In this document: positions 1 through 12,162 of the stretch, one piece after another
Layout: the number at the start of each line of letters is the position of its first letter
Position numbering within the stretch: position 1 is the first letter of the stretch
Source: a bacterium
Lineage (GTDB): Bacteria > Hinthialibacterota > Hinthialibacteria > Hinthialibacterales > Hinthialibacteraceae
DNA length: 31,521 bases
NCBI GenBank assembly: GCA_963663405.2
Contig: CAXXSM010000046.1
Location: 1-31,521, forward strand
Reading direction: 5' to 3'
Made by a program: the position numbers and the translations under genes
Notes under the pieces: model-generated
Database searches by the model: none
The model's input: the letters and a program-made list of their open reading frames with translations, nothing else
What the model was told of the DNA's origin: nothing

Positions 1-1396
1 TATAAATCCCGCCAAGTAAAAAATCAAGCGGATTTTTCTGTCGCCGGACGAACGCTTTCCCCCTGGATACTCCTTTGCACGATGCTCGCTGTTTGGATCG
101 GCACCGGTTCGATTGTGGGAAACGCGGGAAAAACATACGAAACCGGTTTAGCGGCGGTGTTCATACCTATCGGCAGCGTTTTTGGAATGATATGCCTGAC
201 ACAAATCGCAGGACGGGCCCGGAATTACGAAGTCTATTCCGTGCCGGAAATCATAGGTATCCGGTACGGTCAAACCGCCCGTCTTCTCGCTGTGATCGCA
301 TTAGTGATGGCTTATATGGTCATTGTCAGTTATCAGTTCAATGCGGGAGGCGCTGTGCTTTGAAGTGATCCTGACGGATGAGTCAGGCAACGCTATGCTT
401 TCCGCGCGAACGGCTACTATCATCGCCGCAGTGTTTATCATTACGTATACAATCCTAGCCGGATTAATGAGCATCGCCTACGCCGATATCGTGACCGGAG
501 TGATTATCACCGTCTCTCTCTTTGCCGCGTTTCCGGTTCTTTGGAGCCAAGCGGGTGGGTGGAGCGGAATGGAAACCTCCTTCACCGCGATGGGCGATAA
601 ATCCAATCACATGAAAGCCTGGGGTGTGCTTTCCAACATCGAACTGATTAATTACTGCCTCTCCCCCATTCCTGCTGATTATGGGAGACGCCAATCAATA
701 CCAGCGCTTTTTTGCAAGTAAAAACGCGAGAGGAGCCAAGCTGGCGGCTATATTGATGGTTTTCGCCGTGTTGCTAATTGAATGCCTGATCATTCTCGAA
801 GCCTGGATTTGCTCCAGCATGATTCCCGATTTTGAGAATGGAAAATACGTCTTGATTTACGCCGCCAAGAACTTCATGCCTCTTGCTTTGGGAACACTGT
901 TTCTTGTTACCATTGTGGGCATTATCATTTTCAACGGCGGATTCTTTTTTACTGGTTCCTTCCACCTGCGTGATCCGCGATATTTATTTAAATTTGATCA
1001 ATCCAAACGCCAGCGAAAAGAGAGTTTTATTTCTCAGCCGGTTAATGGTTTTGCTCTTCGGCATTCTCGCCTATTTCGTTTCTTTAGCGTTCGCCGAATC
1101 GGTGACGATCTTTGAAAAATCTCTTTATGCGTACACAAATTTATGGGGCGTCCATCACACCATGCCTTGTCGCCGCGTTATTTTGGCGGAAAGCCACTCC
1201 CGCCGGGGCGATCGCCTCCATCCTCTCTGGAGTCATCGTCACACTCATCTGGTCGGAATCCACGTTGATCCAGCAATATCTTCCTAAAGCCGCATCCGGA
1301 TTGGACGCCGTCTTGCCCGCCATTATTGTTTCCGTCGCCGCGCTGATTACCGTCAGCCTTTTTACAAAGAACAAAAGAACAGCCTTTGAGGAATAG
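1..1396 (+). CDS. Sodium:solute symporter (SSS/PutP family), 5'-truncated by the window, about 4 frameshifts
   Basis: Frame 1 is open from base 1 (YKSRQVKNQADFSVAGRTL..., typical SSS N-terminus). Consecutive hydrophobic fragments 82-363, 323-721, 681-1115, 883-1287 and 1112-1396 carry SSS motifs (SVPEIIGIRYG, YTILAGLMSIAYAD, QYQRFFASK, STADSFLL, ALFWRKATPAGA). Confidence 0.85.
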
Positions 1397-1436
1397 ATAT
1401 AATATTTTATATATAAATATAAGATGGAGCGCAATT

Positions 1437-2017
1437 ATGTATATACGAGAACACCGCCAACCGGAACATGAAGTAAATGACATTTTCGTCAATCGTTGGT
1501 CGCCAAGGGCCATGTCGGGAGAACCGCTTTCGAAAGAAGAACTGATGCCTTTGTTTGAAGCGGCCCGCTGGGCTCCATCCTGCCGCAATGAACAGCCCTG
1601 GCTTTTTCTCTACGCTCTGCGAGACACACCGCAATGGCCTCTCTTCTTCGATTTTACTCGTTGAGTTCAATCAATTGTGGTGTAAAAAACGCCGCCGCGC
1701 TCGTGGTAATTCTCTCCAGAAAAACTTTTGAAGCCAACGGAAATCCGAATCCGGCTCATTCCTTCGACACAGGCGCGGCGTGGCAGAACGTTTGTTTACA
1801 GGGATCGCTGCGTGGATTGCTTGTGCATGGCATGGCGGGTTTTGATTATGAGAAAGCCAGAGACGTGTTGAAAGTACCAGACAACTATGCCGTTAACGCC
1901 ATGATGGCGATCGGGAAACCAGGGAATATAGAGAATTTACCAGAGAAACTGCAGGCGATGGAAATTCCGTCAACGCGAAAACCAACGCATGAGATTCTTA
2001 AAGAAGGGCGCGTTTGA
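1437..2017 (+). CDS. Nitroreductase family protein (frameshift near 1655)
   Basis: RWSPRAM, EAARWAPSCRNEQPW, FDTGAAWQN and HGMAGFD motifs are split across ORFs 1386-1664 and 1634-2017. GGAG RBS at 1426-1429 precedes the ATG at 1437. Confidence 0.88.
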
Positions 2018-2064
2018 ATAACCATTTCCATTTGCTCGTTGTGATCATAATCATGATGGTTCGA

Positions 2065-3515
2065 ATGAAAGATAACGTGGTCATCGTCTGGTTCCGGAAC
2101 GATTTAAGGCTGAGCGATCATCCTGCGCTCAGTCAGGCCTGTCAGCAGGCGAATGCTGTTATTCCTCTTTATATCTGGGCGCCGGAAGACGAAGGCCGAT
2201 GGCCGATGGGAAGCGCGCAGAAAGTCTGGCTGCATCATTCCTTGATTCAATTACAAAAAGCGCTTGATAAAAAAAACTCACGATTGATTCTCCGGAAAGG
2301 CTCCTCCCTATCTACCCTAAAAGAAATCATACATGAAACCGGGGGCGAACGCTGTTTTCTATCATCGGAGATATGAGCCTTGCGCGATCGCATTGGGTCA
2401 ACGTATTAAAAATGAATTGAAAAACGAAGGGATAAAAGTCAAGAGTTTCAATGGCTCCCTCCTATTCGAACCGTGGGAAGTTCAAACGAAGTCCAATACG
2501 CCGTATCAAGTATTCACCCGCTTTTGGGAAACCTGCAAAATATTTCCAGAGCCGGAAACGCCGTTACCTCCTCCAAAAGAAATTCCGTCTCCATCGCAAA
2601 GGCCGCGATCACTCGAGATTCAAGAACTTAGATTATTGCCCACGATCGATTGGGCGCAGGGGATTCGCAAAACCTGGGGACCGGGAGAAGATGGAGCTTG
2701 GCATCAGCTGAAGCGTTTTCTCCAAAGCGCTATCCACGCCTATGAAAAATGACCGGGATTTTCCCGCCGTGGAAGGGACCTCTCGACTCTCTCCCCATCT
2801 TCATTTTGGAGAAATCAGCCCCCGGCAGATTATCAATGCGCTTCGTGAGGTCGATCGCGCATGGTCTACAAATGAATTGTTGGAGCAGATCCGTTGCTAT
2901 ACACGGCAAATCGGATGGCGGGAATTCGCGTATCATTTACTCTACCATTTTCCTCATACGCCAGAAAAACCACTGCGGCCGGATTTTGAGAAGTTTCCCT
3001 GGAAGACGGATTCAGATTTATTGCGATCCTGGCAAAACGGATTGACCGGCTATCCTATCGTTGACGCGGGGATGAGAGAATTATGGGAAACCGGCTGGAT
3101 GCACAATCGCGTGCGGATGATCGCGGCCTCTTTTTTAGTGAAAGATCTCATGATCCCGTGGCAGGAAGGGGCGGCGTGGTTTTGGGATACACTGGTGGAC
3201 GCGGATCTAGCGAATAATACACTCGGTTGGCAGTGGACAGCGGGATGCGGCGCTGACGCGGCGCCGTTTTTCCGCATCTTCAATCCCGTTCTGCAAGGAG
3301 AAAAGTTCGATCGCAACGGCGCGTATATACGAAAATGGATTCCCGAACTCGCTTCATTGCCGGACAAATGGATTCATAAGCCGTGGAAAGCGCCGGAAGG
3401 GATTGTAAAGGATGCGGGGATCGTATTGGGGAAGGACTACCCACGGCCGATTGTCGACCATAAATTAGCGCGCCAACAAGCATTGGAGGCGTTTCAATCC
3501 ATCAAGATAAAATGA
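2065..3515 (+). CDS. phrB: Deoxyribodipyrimidine (CPD) photolyase, class I/III type (frameshifts near 2340 and 2745)
   Basis: WFRNDLRLSDHPAL, TSRLSPHLHFGEIS, WREF, TGYPIVDAGMRELWETGWMHNRVRM, LVDADLANN and GWQW...RIFNP motifs lie in three successive fragments. Confidence 0.92.
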
Positions 3516-3527
3516 CGGTTCACATCA

Positions 3528-5031
3528 ATGGAAGAAAACACTAAATCCTGTTCGAACTCATGTCCCCACAAACCGTTGATTTTACTCACCGGCGCAACTG
3601 GTTATATCGGGGGGCGTCTGCTAAGCCGGTTGGAATCGGAGGGATTCCCGATTCGCTGTCTCGCCAGGAAACCGGAGCATCTGCGCCACCGGGAAAATCA
3701 ACAAATCGAAATTACGCAAGGCAACGTGCTCGAATCCGATTCACTGGAAAGAGCGATGCGCAATGTGGACGCGGCCTTTTATCTCGTTCATTCCATGGCG
3801 TCGCCGGGCAAATTCGAAGAAGAAGACCGGCTGGCGGCGCGCCTTTTCGGTCAAGCCGCAAAATCCGCTGGTGTCAAACGGATAATCTATTTAGGAGGCT
3901 TAGGTCATACGGATTCAATACTCTCACCCCATTTAAAAAGCCGCCAGGAAGTGGGAGATATTCTGCGTGAATCGGGGGTGGAGGTGATAGAATTCCGGGC
4001 GGCGGTTGTGATTGGCTCCGGCAGCCTTTCGTTTGAAATGATTCGCGCATTGGTGGAACGTTTGCCCATCATGATCACACCCCGATGGGTGTTCGTTCCC
4101 ACACAGCCAATTGCCATCAACGATCTGTTGCACTACCTGACCAGCGCGTTGACGATCTCCGTTGAAGGCAATCCCATTTTCGAAATCGGTGGTGGCGGGG
4201 ATGTTGTCTCGTATGGAGAACTCATGAATGAATACGCAAAACTACGAGGATTGAAACGGTTGATGATCCCCGTTCCGGTCCTCACTCCATACCTTTCCAG
4301 CCTATGGCTGGGATTGGTCACTCCTGTATACGCCCATGTTGGACGTAAGTTAATCGACAGTATCCGGAATCCAACCATCGTGCAAGACCGATCCGCCTGA
4401 ACGATGCTTTCAGATCCAAACCATGAACGTATCCGAGGCCATCGCAGCGGCGCTGCGGAATGAGGATCGTGAAATTGCCGAAACCCGCTGGTCCGATGCG
4501 CTTTCATCGTCTGGCGCTATGAAGGATTGGAGAAACACGCGGTTTGGAACCCGAATTGTGGATTCGCGGGTGGTTCATGTGGAAGTTCCCATTGAAGCTG
4601 CGTTTCGTCCGGTTCGCCGAATCGGTGGAAAAACCGGATGGTATTATGGGAATACATTATGGAAGCTCCGGGGGTGGCTGGATTTACTGGTTGGGGGTCC
4701 CGGACTTCGACGTGGCCGGCGCGATCCGGAAACCGCGCATGTTGGTGATACCATCGATTTCTGGAGAGTCGAGCAATTTGAACCGGATCACTTATTAAGA
4801 CTTTCGGCGGAAATGAAATTACCAGGCCGGGCGTGGCTTCATTTTGAAGTCCAGAAGGAGAATGGCGGATCGGCGATCCGGCAAACTGCGATATTCGATC
4901 CCCTTGGTTTATGGGGCTTGATGTATTGGTATCTTCTCTATCCCATTCACTGGTTTGTATTTAGAGGCATGTTGAAAGGGATCGCCGCATCAGCGCAAAA
5001 TGATTGGGACACGAGGGGATCAACGATTTAA
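3528..5031 (+). CDS. Atypical SDR NAD(P)-binding protein with C-terminal DUF2867/SRPBCC-like domain (YbjT-like), frameshift near 4395-4420
   Basis: TGATGYIG Rossmann motif, YLVHSM and HLKSRQEVG in 3528-4400. IGGKTGWYY...LWKLRG..D, DFWRVE, AEMKLPGRAWL and GLMYWY in 4423-5031. Confidence 0.85.
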
Positions 5032-6080
5032 TTTCCGAGCATCGGATAGAATAATCGGTACGTATGGAGAATCTCCCGGCGGTTTTTCTCCAGTACGGGG
5101 GAATATTCACCAACGGCGATCACGTCTTCACTCGGATGAAACTCCAGCGTCCGAAGCCAGCCGTCTCCGCCCTCATGCATGCTCTGGTAATCCGTAAGGA
5201 TTTCATACACGGTTCCCCCCGTGTCATTAAGGCTGTTTTGCAGCGTCAACGCGCCGACATGGCCGCAGACGACCATAAAAATATTCGCGTGTTTGCGTAC
5301 GAATTGATCCCAAATTCGTTGTCCGACTTTATCCCGTCCAGCCGGCCGCAAGTATTGATGCGTAGCCACAATCACCCGGCTTGTTTTGTGTTGTTTGACG
5401 ATCTCGTTCGCCCATTCAAGAACTTCATCGCGGGGATTGTATTCCAGATTCACGATCATGAAGCGCATTCCAGCAGATTCAAAGAACGTATAATTATTAT
5501 CGTTCTTGCCTTGATAATTTCCCCCATACCATTCGTTGTCTTGATAGTCACTCGCAGGAAAGTATTGATGGAAGAGAGATGTGTCCCGCTTCTCAACATC
5601 CATATCGTGATTGCCCGGCGCGACGCTGTAGGGAACTACGCCGTCTAAAATCTTGTGGGCGTCACGGGCGATCCGCCATTCGTTTTCCTTCTCGTTATGG
5701 TTTTGGACGATATCTCCAAGATGAATCACGAATTTGATCTTCTGTTCTTCGATGTTGTCCGCGATCCATTGCGTTTGTTTTTTATATGTATCCGGATATT
5801 TTTCCGAATATAATTGGGTGTCGGGAAGCAGAACGACTGAAAACGGCTCGGGTTCAATGGCATTGGCGTTCTCTTTGAGACTGACATGTTTTACACACGA
5901 ACAGAAACAAACAGCGATCAACAACGCCGTGACAGCGAAACGCTGAAAACGAACACCTTGATTCCTGAGCAAGGATGCGGAAAGAGGCTTCATATACAAA
6001 ATTCGCCTGCGTAGCGATTGGCTGGGCTTTTTTTGTCTCCGCGCCAATAACGACAATGGATTCAACTGGAATTGTGACAT
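5028..6080 (-). CDS. Secreted or lipoprotein calcineurin-like metallophosphoesterase
   Basis: PDTQ, HLGDIV, GNHD, ATH and CGH motifs. Hydrophobic segment ending in Cys residues (AVCFCSC). AGGAG RBS upstream of 6080. Confidence 0.8.
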   Translation of the reverse strand: MSQFQLNPLSLLARRQKKPSQSLRRRILYMKPLSASLLRNQGVRFQRFAVTALLIAVCFCSCVKHVSLKENANAIEPEPFSVVLLPDTQLYSEKYPDTYKKQTQWIADNIEEQKIKFVIHLGDIVQNHNEKENEWRIARDAHKILDGVVPYSVAPGNHDMDVEKRDTSLFHQYFPASDYQDNEWYGGNYQGKNDNNYTFFESAGMRFMIVNLEYNPRDEVLEWANEIVKQHKTSRVIVATHQYLRPAGRDKVGQRIWDQFVRKHANIFMVVCGHVGALTLQNSLNDTGGTVYEILTDYQSMHEGGDGWLRTLEFHPSEDVIAVGEYSPVLEKNRREILHTYRLFYPMLGN

Positions 6081-6218
6081 AACATTCTCCTGAATTGATA
6101 GAATTTAAAAAAATAGATCATTACTTAATTTGATCTTATTAATGTATGATTTTCGCTAGAATCGCATTAAATCAGAATTGTATATTCCAAAATTCTTGCC
6201 GGACCGGTTACACATTTT

Positions 6219-7986
6219 CTAATGTATCCCCCAATTGGAAACATTCAGGGCGCCGAAGGAACCTTGGATTCGAATCAAAGTGTATTCTGGATTGACGCCT
6301 GGTTCGTTCAATGGCGGTCCCACGATGATCCCCATCGTGTCTTCAGCGATCCAAAATAGGTTGACGATCTGCTCTGACGGAGACGGAACCGGTAATTCTA
6401 GAAACACTTCATAGGTCTCATCCGCGGAAAAACGTACGATCTGGCTGATTCCGTTGGTTTCCTCAGAACCATCCGCTCGCGCGATGAAAACATCCCCATT
6501 CTGATTGATCAGTGGACCGGCGCCTTCTTCCAACAACCACATCCCTGGAACAGATTGTTTGGATTCAAGTGTAAAACCATCATCATAGATAACAACGAGA
6601 TCATCACTTACAGGCGGGGGATTATCATCCCCACTCCCCAAACGATGCGCCATTACTAGAACAGCGTCTCCGCCAGCTTCGTTGTCTTCATCTCCATCAA
6701 TCGCGGCGCCGGTTTCCACACTGGATACAGAATCATGAATCACGATAGTGTATTCATCATTCAACAGAGTCTCCCCGAAGGTGATTAACATAAATTGCGT
6801 TTGGCTGCCCGTGACAAGGAATGGGACGGCGGCGCCATCTTGATTACTGATGGATAGATCGTCTCGATCGAATTGAATCTTTTCACTCCACAGCAGACGC
6901 AATGTTTTGACTCCAGAAGGGCCGCTGTGGACGTCGTCCGGCATTACCCACGGTTCACGCATGATAAGAGTGGGCCCGGCTTGGCGAGCGGAAGAAAAAA
7001 TACGATAGACCCCATTCTCATCAGAGACGTACATATCTTCCCCATCGGCGCTGACCGATATCGATTCGATATTCGAAAAGCCGCTGGCAAAAACCTGATG
7101 CGATCCATCCGGTTGAATGGTATAAATCACATCTTCTTTTTGGTCCGCCGCATAAAGAGTGTCGCCAAATGATCCTTTGGCGCTGAATGAGATATCTCTA
7201 TATTCTCGATCGTTGGTATGCGCTGGTTCGGTAAGTTCAATCCATTCCAATTCGGGCGTTAGTTGATAAATCACAGACACATGGTCGTCATTCTCATCAT
7301 GGTCGGCTATGGTCAATAATCCTCCATAGCGCTGCGTTGGAGCGGTTTCAAATCCTTCAATGTCCATATCGGTCCGGCCTTCTGGCACGTAATTATCGGA
7401 AATTTTCGTTAATTCCAGGGAAGGATTCATAAAAAAAAGAGCGGTACCGTCACTCCCATGTCTATCTTCCAAGAAAATCCCCGATTCATAGCCGAATTCT
7501 TCCAACGTAAATGCAAAATTAAACATAAGCGCTGATTGAAATTCAGGATGACCGCTGTCATCTCCAGCGATGACAATCGTTATCACAGATCCATCGGGTA
7601 AGATCTCCATAAACCGGGTACGGGCCTGATGAAGAACCACTTGGCTCCTCCGCCGTGGATAAATATAAATGGTTTGAAAAAAGACCGGAAGTATCAAATG
7701 CGAGACCGCTAACAGTTGCGCCGCTGTCCAAACCGGAAATGGCGCCGATCGTATTAATGGAATTCTTGGATAGCCGCAGGATCGTAATCATACCATCATC
7801 AGCGATCGCGGCGATACAACCCAATCCATATTCGGGATTCGTTATCGCTTTCAACCGTGGTGTGGTTCCATCAAATTGATCCAAAAGGACTTCGATATTA
7901 TATTCCGGAGAGATTTCAATTTCCGCATTCGAGACCGAGATGCTGATGAAAACCGGAAATAATAAAAGTAACGAGATGCGTTTCAC
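6219..7986 (-). CDS. Secreted multidomain protein: beta-propeller-like (NHL/SMP-30-like) region, Ig-like module and C-terminal domain; frameshift near 7600
   Basis: GTG start with GGAAGG RBS and signal peptide (MKRISLLLLFPVFISISVSNA). Propeller-like blades (GLAFDTSGLF, DISFSAKGSFGDTLYAAD, SISVSADGEDMYVSD). Acidic Ig-like segment. ORFs 7558-7986 and 6219-7697 overlap. Confidence 0.6.
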
Positions 7987-8207
7987 AGATTCTGCCCTTC
8001 CTTGTTGGTTGAGTTTAATTTCCTTCGATGAATATAAAGGCCTTAAGATTTTATACGTAATGACGCCATTTCAAAAAGGGCTTCCATTTGAATCCCGCAT
8101 CCCTTTCAAAGCGGCGAAATTGACGTTTCACTATACCAGGTTGATGAACGCGCCTTACATCAATCATTGTTTGCATAAGAAAAAAACAGATGAAAGGATA
8201 TAGATTC

Positions 8208-9492
8208 ATGAGCAAGAAAATCAGATTGAATCGCCGTCATTTTCTGAAAGCCGCCGCCGCGTTTCCCACACTAATATCCGCCTCGGCGCTGGGAGCCAAT
8301 GGCGCGACCGCTGCGAGTGATCGCATTGTCATGGGTTGCATCGGCGTCGGATCGCAAGGTTCGGGGAACATGAGAGAATTCCTTCATTACGAGGAAGTTC
8401 AAGTGATCGCCGTGTGCGACGTAGACAGCCGCCATCGCGAACGCGCAAAGAATATGGTCGACTCCCGCTATGAGAATGAGGATTGCCAAACCTATGTTGA
8501 TTTCCGGGAACTGATCGGACGGGGCGACCTGGACGCCGTCTCGCTCGCGCTGCCGGATCAATGGCACGCCATCCCCGCCATCGCCGCCGCCAAAGCCGGA
8601 TTGGATATCTTCGGCGAAAAACCTCTTTCCCGCTCGATTCGTGAAAGCCGCGCGATCTGTAACGCCGTTCACCGTTATGGCCGCGTCTGGCAGACGGGGA
8701 GCTGGCAGCGCTCCGTCAGCAATTTTCATCACGCCTGCGAATTGGTCCGAAACGGGAAGATCGGCGAGATCAAGAAAGTCGAAGTCGGCCTGCCGACAGG
8801 GGGAAGTTGCGGCGTCAAACCCATCAAACCCGTTCCAGAAGGCTTGGAATGGGGATCTCTGGCTAGGCCCGGCGCCCTGGCGGCCGTACTGCGATTTCGG
8901 GCGTGACCGCTGCCATTGGGATTGGCGCTGGATTCTTGATTATTCCGGCGGACAGCTCACCGATTGGGCGGGTCATCATATCGATATCGCCCATTGGGGC
9001 CTCGGTTTAGATCATACCGGCCCGATTGAAATTGAAGGAAAAGGAACCTATCCAGAGGAAGGCCTCTACAACGCCCCTTCCGCCTATACATTCGATTGCA
9101 CATACGCCAACGGAATCACAATCAACGTCAGCAATAGCAATCGTGGAGGAGCGAAGTGGTACGGCGATGAAGGCTGGGTATGGGTCGACCGGGGCGGTAT
9201 CGACGCATCCGATAAAAACCTGCTTAAACCAGAAGCGATCGGCCCTTATGATATACGGCTTTATAAGAGCACGGATCACAAACAGAACTTCATCGACTGC
9301 GTCAAGAGCCGTCAACTCACCATCGCCCCCGTCGAAACCGCCTGCCGCTCGATCAGCGTCGGCCACCTGGGAGAGATCGCCATGTTGACCGGGCGGAAAA
9401 TCCGGTGGAATCCAGAGACGGAGGAAATCATCGATGATCCCGCCGCCAGCGCGTTCCTGGGCCGTTCCTACCGCAAGCCCTGGATTCTATAA
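8208..9492 (+). CDS. Tat-exported Gfo/Idh/MocA family oxidoreductase (frameshift near 8855)
   Basis: LNRRHFLK twin-arginine motif; IGVGSQG, AVCDVD, PDQWH, GEKP, QTGSWQRS, WLGPAP and DWAGHHID motifs; AAAGGA RBS. Confidence 0.9.
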
Positions 9493-9546
9493 ATCGATGC
9501 GCTCTGAGTTTGGCCGAAGTATATGGAATGAAAAAGGATAACTACG

Positions 9547-12009
9547 ATGAAAAAAAATTACAAATTCTGCACACATTTTTTAACGATCGCCGTGGCGGTC
9601 TCTCTCTTGGCGATCGCCCTGGTTCCCTGCGCGCACGCGGAACAGAAAACGCAAGCGGTAGCGCGGATCAATGTGTCACTAGGGAATCAATCGAGTCCCC
9701 TTCCCTCCGGCGTCACTTTCGAAGCGCTTTGTCAATATGATTTCGGTGAAAGCCGCAAAGTTCTCTCCACGATAGAAGAAAATATCCGAACCGCGTCTCC
9801 GGAACAGTTGGCAGCGATCGAGGGCCTTCTGTTGGATGTGCTGAAAACAGACTCCGCCACATACGCGGGAAAACTGTTCGCCTGCCGGATGCTGCGGCGG
9901 ATGGGGACGGAACGCTGTGTTCCTATATTGGCCGGATTTCTGGCCGATGAGAAATTGTCCGATCCAGCGCGATTCGCATTGCAGGGCCTTCCTTGTCCAG
10001 AAGTGGATCAGGTCTTGCGCGAGGCGTTGAACAATCTCACCGGAAATCTGAGACTCGGTGTCATCAGTTCCATCGCGGCGCGGAAAGACCGGGATGCCGT
10101 GGATCAACTCTCGAAATGGATTCAAAGTGATGACACCGAACTGGCCCGCGCGTCGATTCATGCTCTCGGTCGAATTGGCGGCATGGAAGCCGCCGAAATC
10201 TTATGGCGCGCCGATACGGCTGATGAACTCGACGCCCTGCGATTTGACGCCATCCTGCTCTGCGCGGACACAATCACCGCGGAAGAGAATACAACAGCAA
10301 CGAAAAAGATCTACCAAGAAATGGCAAGCGCCGAAAAACCCATCATGATTCGCGCCGCCGCGTATGGAGCCCTCATTAAACTTGAGAAAGACAACGCGGT
10401 CTCAACGATCATCGCGTTATTACAAGATAAGAATCCCGAGCTACAGCGCGCCGCGTCCGGACCGTTTATCAATGAAATCTCCAATCGGGCGATCGCCGAA
10501 GCGTTCATGAAAGAATTCCTCACAGCTTCCCCTGGCGCGCAAGTAAGCATGCTAGGAATTCTCGCTTCCCGCGGGATTCGAAGCGCTATGCCCACAGCGG
10601 TCTATGCCGCGAAACGGGAAAACGAAGCTGTGCGGCTGGCGGGCGTTCAGGCTCTTGGCGCGTTGGGTGATTCAACCACAGTGGAACTGCTTCTCAATAC
10701 CGCCATCGCAGGCGGTCCGCTTGGAGAAGCCGCCGCACAGAGCCTGATCCAATTGCAAGGCATTTACGTGGAAGCCGCGATGCTGGACGGTTTACGAACC
10801 GGTTCCGAACAAGCCCGCGCGGCTCTGATCCGCTGCTTGACTGCCCGGCGGGGAGAAGGCGCCGCGTCGGTGCTCCTGGAATATATGGAAGACACTGCTC
10901 CAATGGTTCGGGAGGAATGCTTAAAAGGATTGAGCGTACTGGCGGAAGTGAACGAGATCCCTGAATTGCTGCGCCTATTGGCGAAAGCGCCGGATGAACA
11001 AACCCGCAAACCGATTCAAGATGTCGTCCATGAAGCCGCTATACGCGCAAGAGATCCACAGCGCCGCACACAGGTTTTCCTAACCGCCTTTCATGGCGCG
11101 CCGGTTCATCTACGCGTCGCGTTGATTCAGCTACTCGGTGAATTTGGAGGCCGGGAAGCGTTGGACAAAGTTGGATACATTGTGTTAGATCCAAACGAAC
11201 AAATCCGGGACGCGGCGTTATACGCGCTGGCCGCGTGGCCTGACGCGATGCCGTTGCGGAAACTGCTCACATTGGTTCAAAGCACAGCCGATCCAGAGAA
11301 ACGCATGGTGGCGCTCCGAGGCTGTCTACGTATGATTAAAATGGACCAAGACCGCCCCATCGAAAATATCCTGAAAGATTACAACGCCGCCCTTCAAGCC
11401 GCGTCGTTGAAGAAGGAAAAAGCGCTGATTATTGACGAAGTGTCAAAGCAAGTGAACTTCGCGGCGCTCGATTTCTTGGAAGCGTATCTCACCGATCCGG
11501 TTCTCGGCGCCGAAGCGCGGGAAGCGTACCGGAGTATCATCAACAAACTGCAGGCATCAACGGCGGACCGCAGTCAATGGAAAGTCGAAGCGTCCGTAAA
11601 TCCCCAAGCGGCGGGCAATGCGATCGACGGAAGACGCCGTACCCGCTGGGATACGGGACAAGTCCAAACACCCGGTCTTTGGTACCTCGTCGATCTGGGA
11701 ATGGAGCAGCAAATCGAAAAAATCACACTCGATTCCACCCATTCCAGCGGCGATTACCCTAGGGGATACGAAGTGTATATCGCCAATGACAAAGAGAGCA
11801 TGAACGATCCCGTAGTCAAAGGAAACGGAGAAAAACCGGTCACGGAAATCGATATCCCCTCAAAAAATGGCCGGTTTATTAAAATCGTATTGACAGAATC
11901 AATCGATGAAAGTCTCTACTGGTCCATTCACGAATTAAATGTATCCGTCTCATCGGATACAGAAAAATTTAAAAGCGCTTTGGAAAAACTGGAGCGCGCG
12001 AGTCAGTAA
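9547..12009 (+). CDS. Secreted HEAT/PBS-lyase repeat protein with C-terminal F5/8 type C (discoidin/CBM32-like) domain
   Basis: Signal peptide ending AHA. Many HEAT repeats (ALGRIGG, VRLAGVQALGALGD, IRDAALYALAAWP). Discoidin signature AIDGRRRTRWDTG...WYLVDLG...DYPRGYEVY...WSIHEL. Confidence 0.85.
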   Translation: MKKNYKFCTHFLTIAVAVSLLAIALVPCAHAEQKTQAVARINVSLGNQSSPLPSGVTFEALCQYDFGESRKVLSTIEENIRTASPEQLAAIEGLLLDVLKTDSATYAGKLFACRMLRRMGTERCVPILAGFLADEKLSDPARFALQGLPCPEVDQVLREALNNLTGNLRLGVISSIAARKDRDAVDQLSKWIQSDDTELARASIHALGRIGGMEAAEILWRADTADELDALRFDAILLCADTITAEENTTATKKIYQEMASAEKPIMIRAAAYGALIKLEKDNAVSTIIALLQDKNPELQRAASGPFINEISNRAIAEAFMKEFLTASPGAQVSMLGILASRGIRSAMPTAVYAAKRENEAVRLAGVQALGALGDSTTVELLLNTAIAGGPLGEAAAQSLIQLQGIYVEAAMLDGLRTGSEQARAALIRCLTARRGEGAASVLLEYMEDTAPMVREECLKGLSVLAEVNEIPELLRLLAKAPDEQTRKPIQDVVHEAAIRARDPQRRTQVFLTAFHGAPVHLRVALIQLLGEFGGREALDKVGYIVLDPNEQIRDAALYALAAWPDAMPLRKLLTLVQSTADPEKRMVALRGCLRMIKMDQDRPIENILKDYNAALQAASLKKEKALIIDEVSKQVNFAALDFLEAYLTDPVLGAEAREAYRSIINKLQASTADRSQWKVEASVNPQAAGNAIDGRRRTRWDTGQVQTPGLWYLVDLGMEQQIEKITLDSTHSSGDYPRGYEVYIANDKESMNDPVVKGNGEKPVTEIDIPSKNGRFIKIVLTESIDESLYWSIHELNVSVSSDTEKFKSALEKLERASQ

Positions 12010-12036
12010 CAGAAAGCGATATGAATCCTGAATCAA

Positions 12037-12074
12037 TGAGCCGCTGGTTAAAAATCAGCGGCTCACCTTGTTTT
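12037..12074 (+). terminator. Probable intrinsic terminator after the HEAT/discoidin gene
   Basis: TGAGCCGCTGGTT-AAA-AATCAGCGGCTCA hairpin (12037-12065, one G-U pair) followed by CCTTGTTTT. Confidence 0.65.
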
Positions 12075-12099
12075 CATGAACGAAAACTTTTCCGCCTGA

Positions 12100-12127
12100 T
12101 TGACAAGTGGACGAAGAACCGTATGAT
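12100..12127 (+). promoter_or_regulatory. Sigma70-type promoter for the TIM-barrel gene
   Basis: TTGACA (12100-12105), 16-nt spacer, TATGAT (12122-12127). Confidence 0.65.
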
Positions 12128-12162
12128 CGAATTACAAGAAAACCGCATTGAAAGGATAAACC

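Noticed and set aside
355-365. TGA read-through (alternative genetic code or Sec) at 361-363 and 28507-28509
   Set aside because: Homologous sequence continues in a different frame, so these are indels. TGA is also used as a normal stop elsewhere (for example 2017, 3515, 18156).
2014-2060. Fur/PerR-like box before phrB
   Set aside because: Only loose AT-rich similarity, with no convincing 19-bp or 7-1-7 palindrome.
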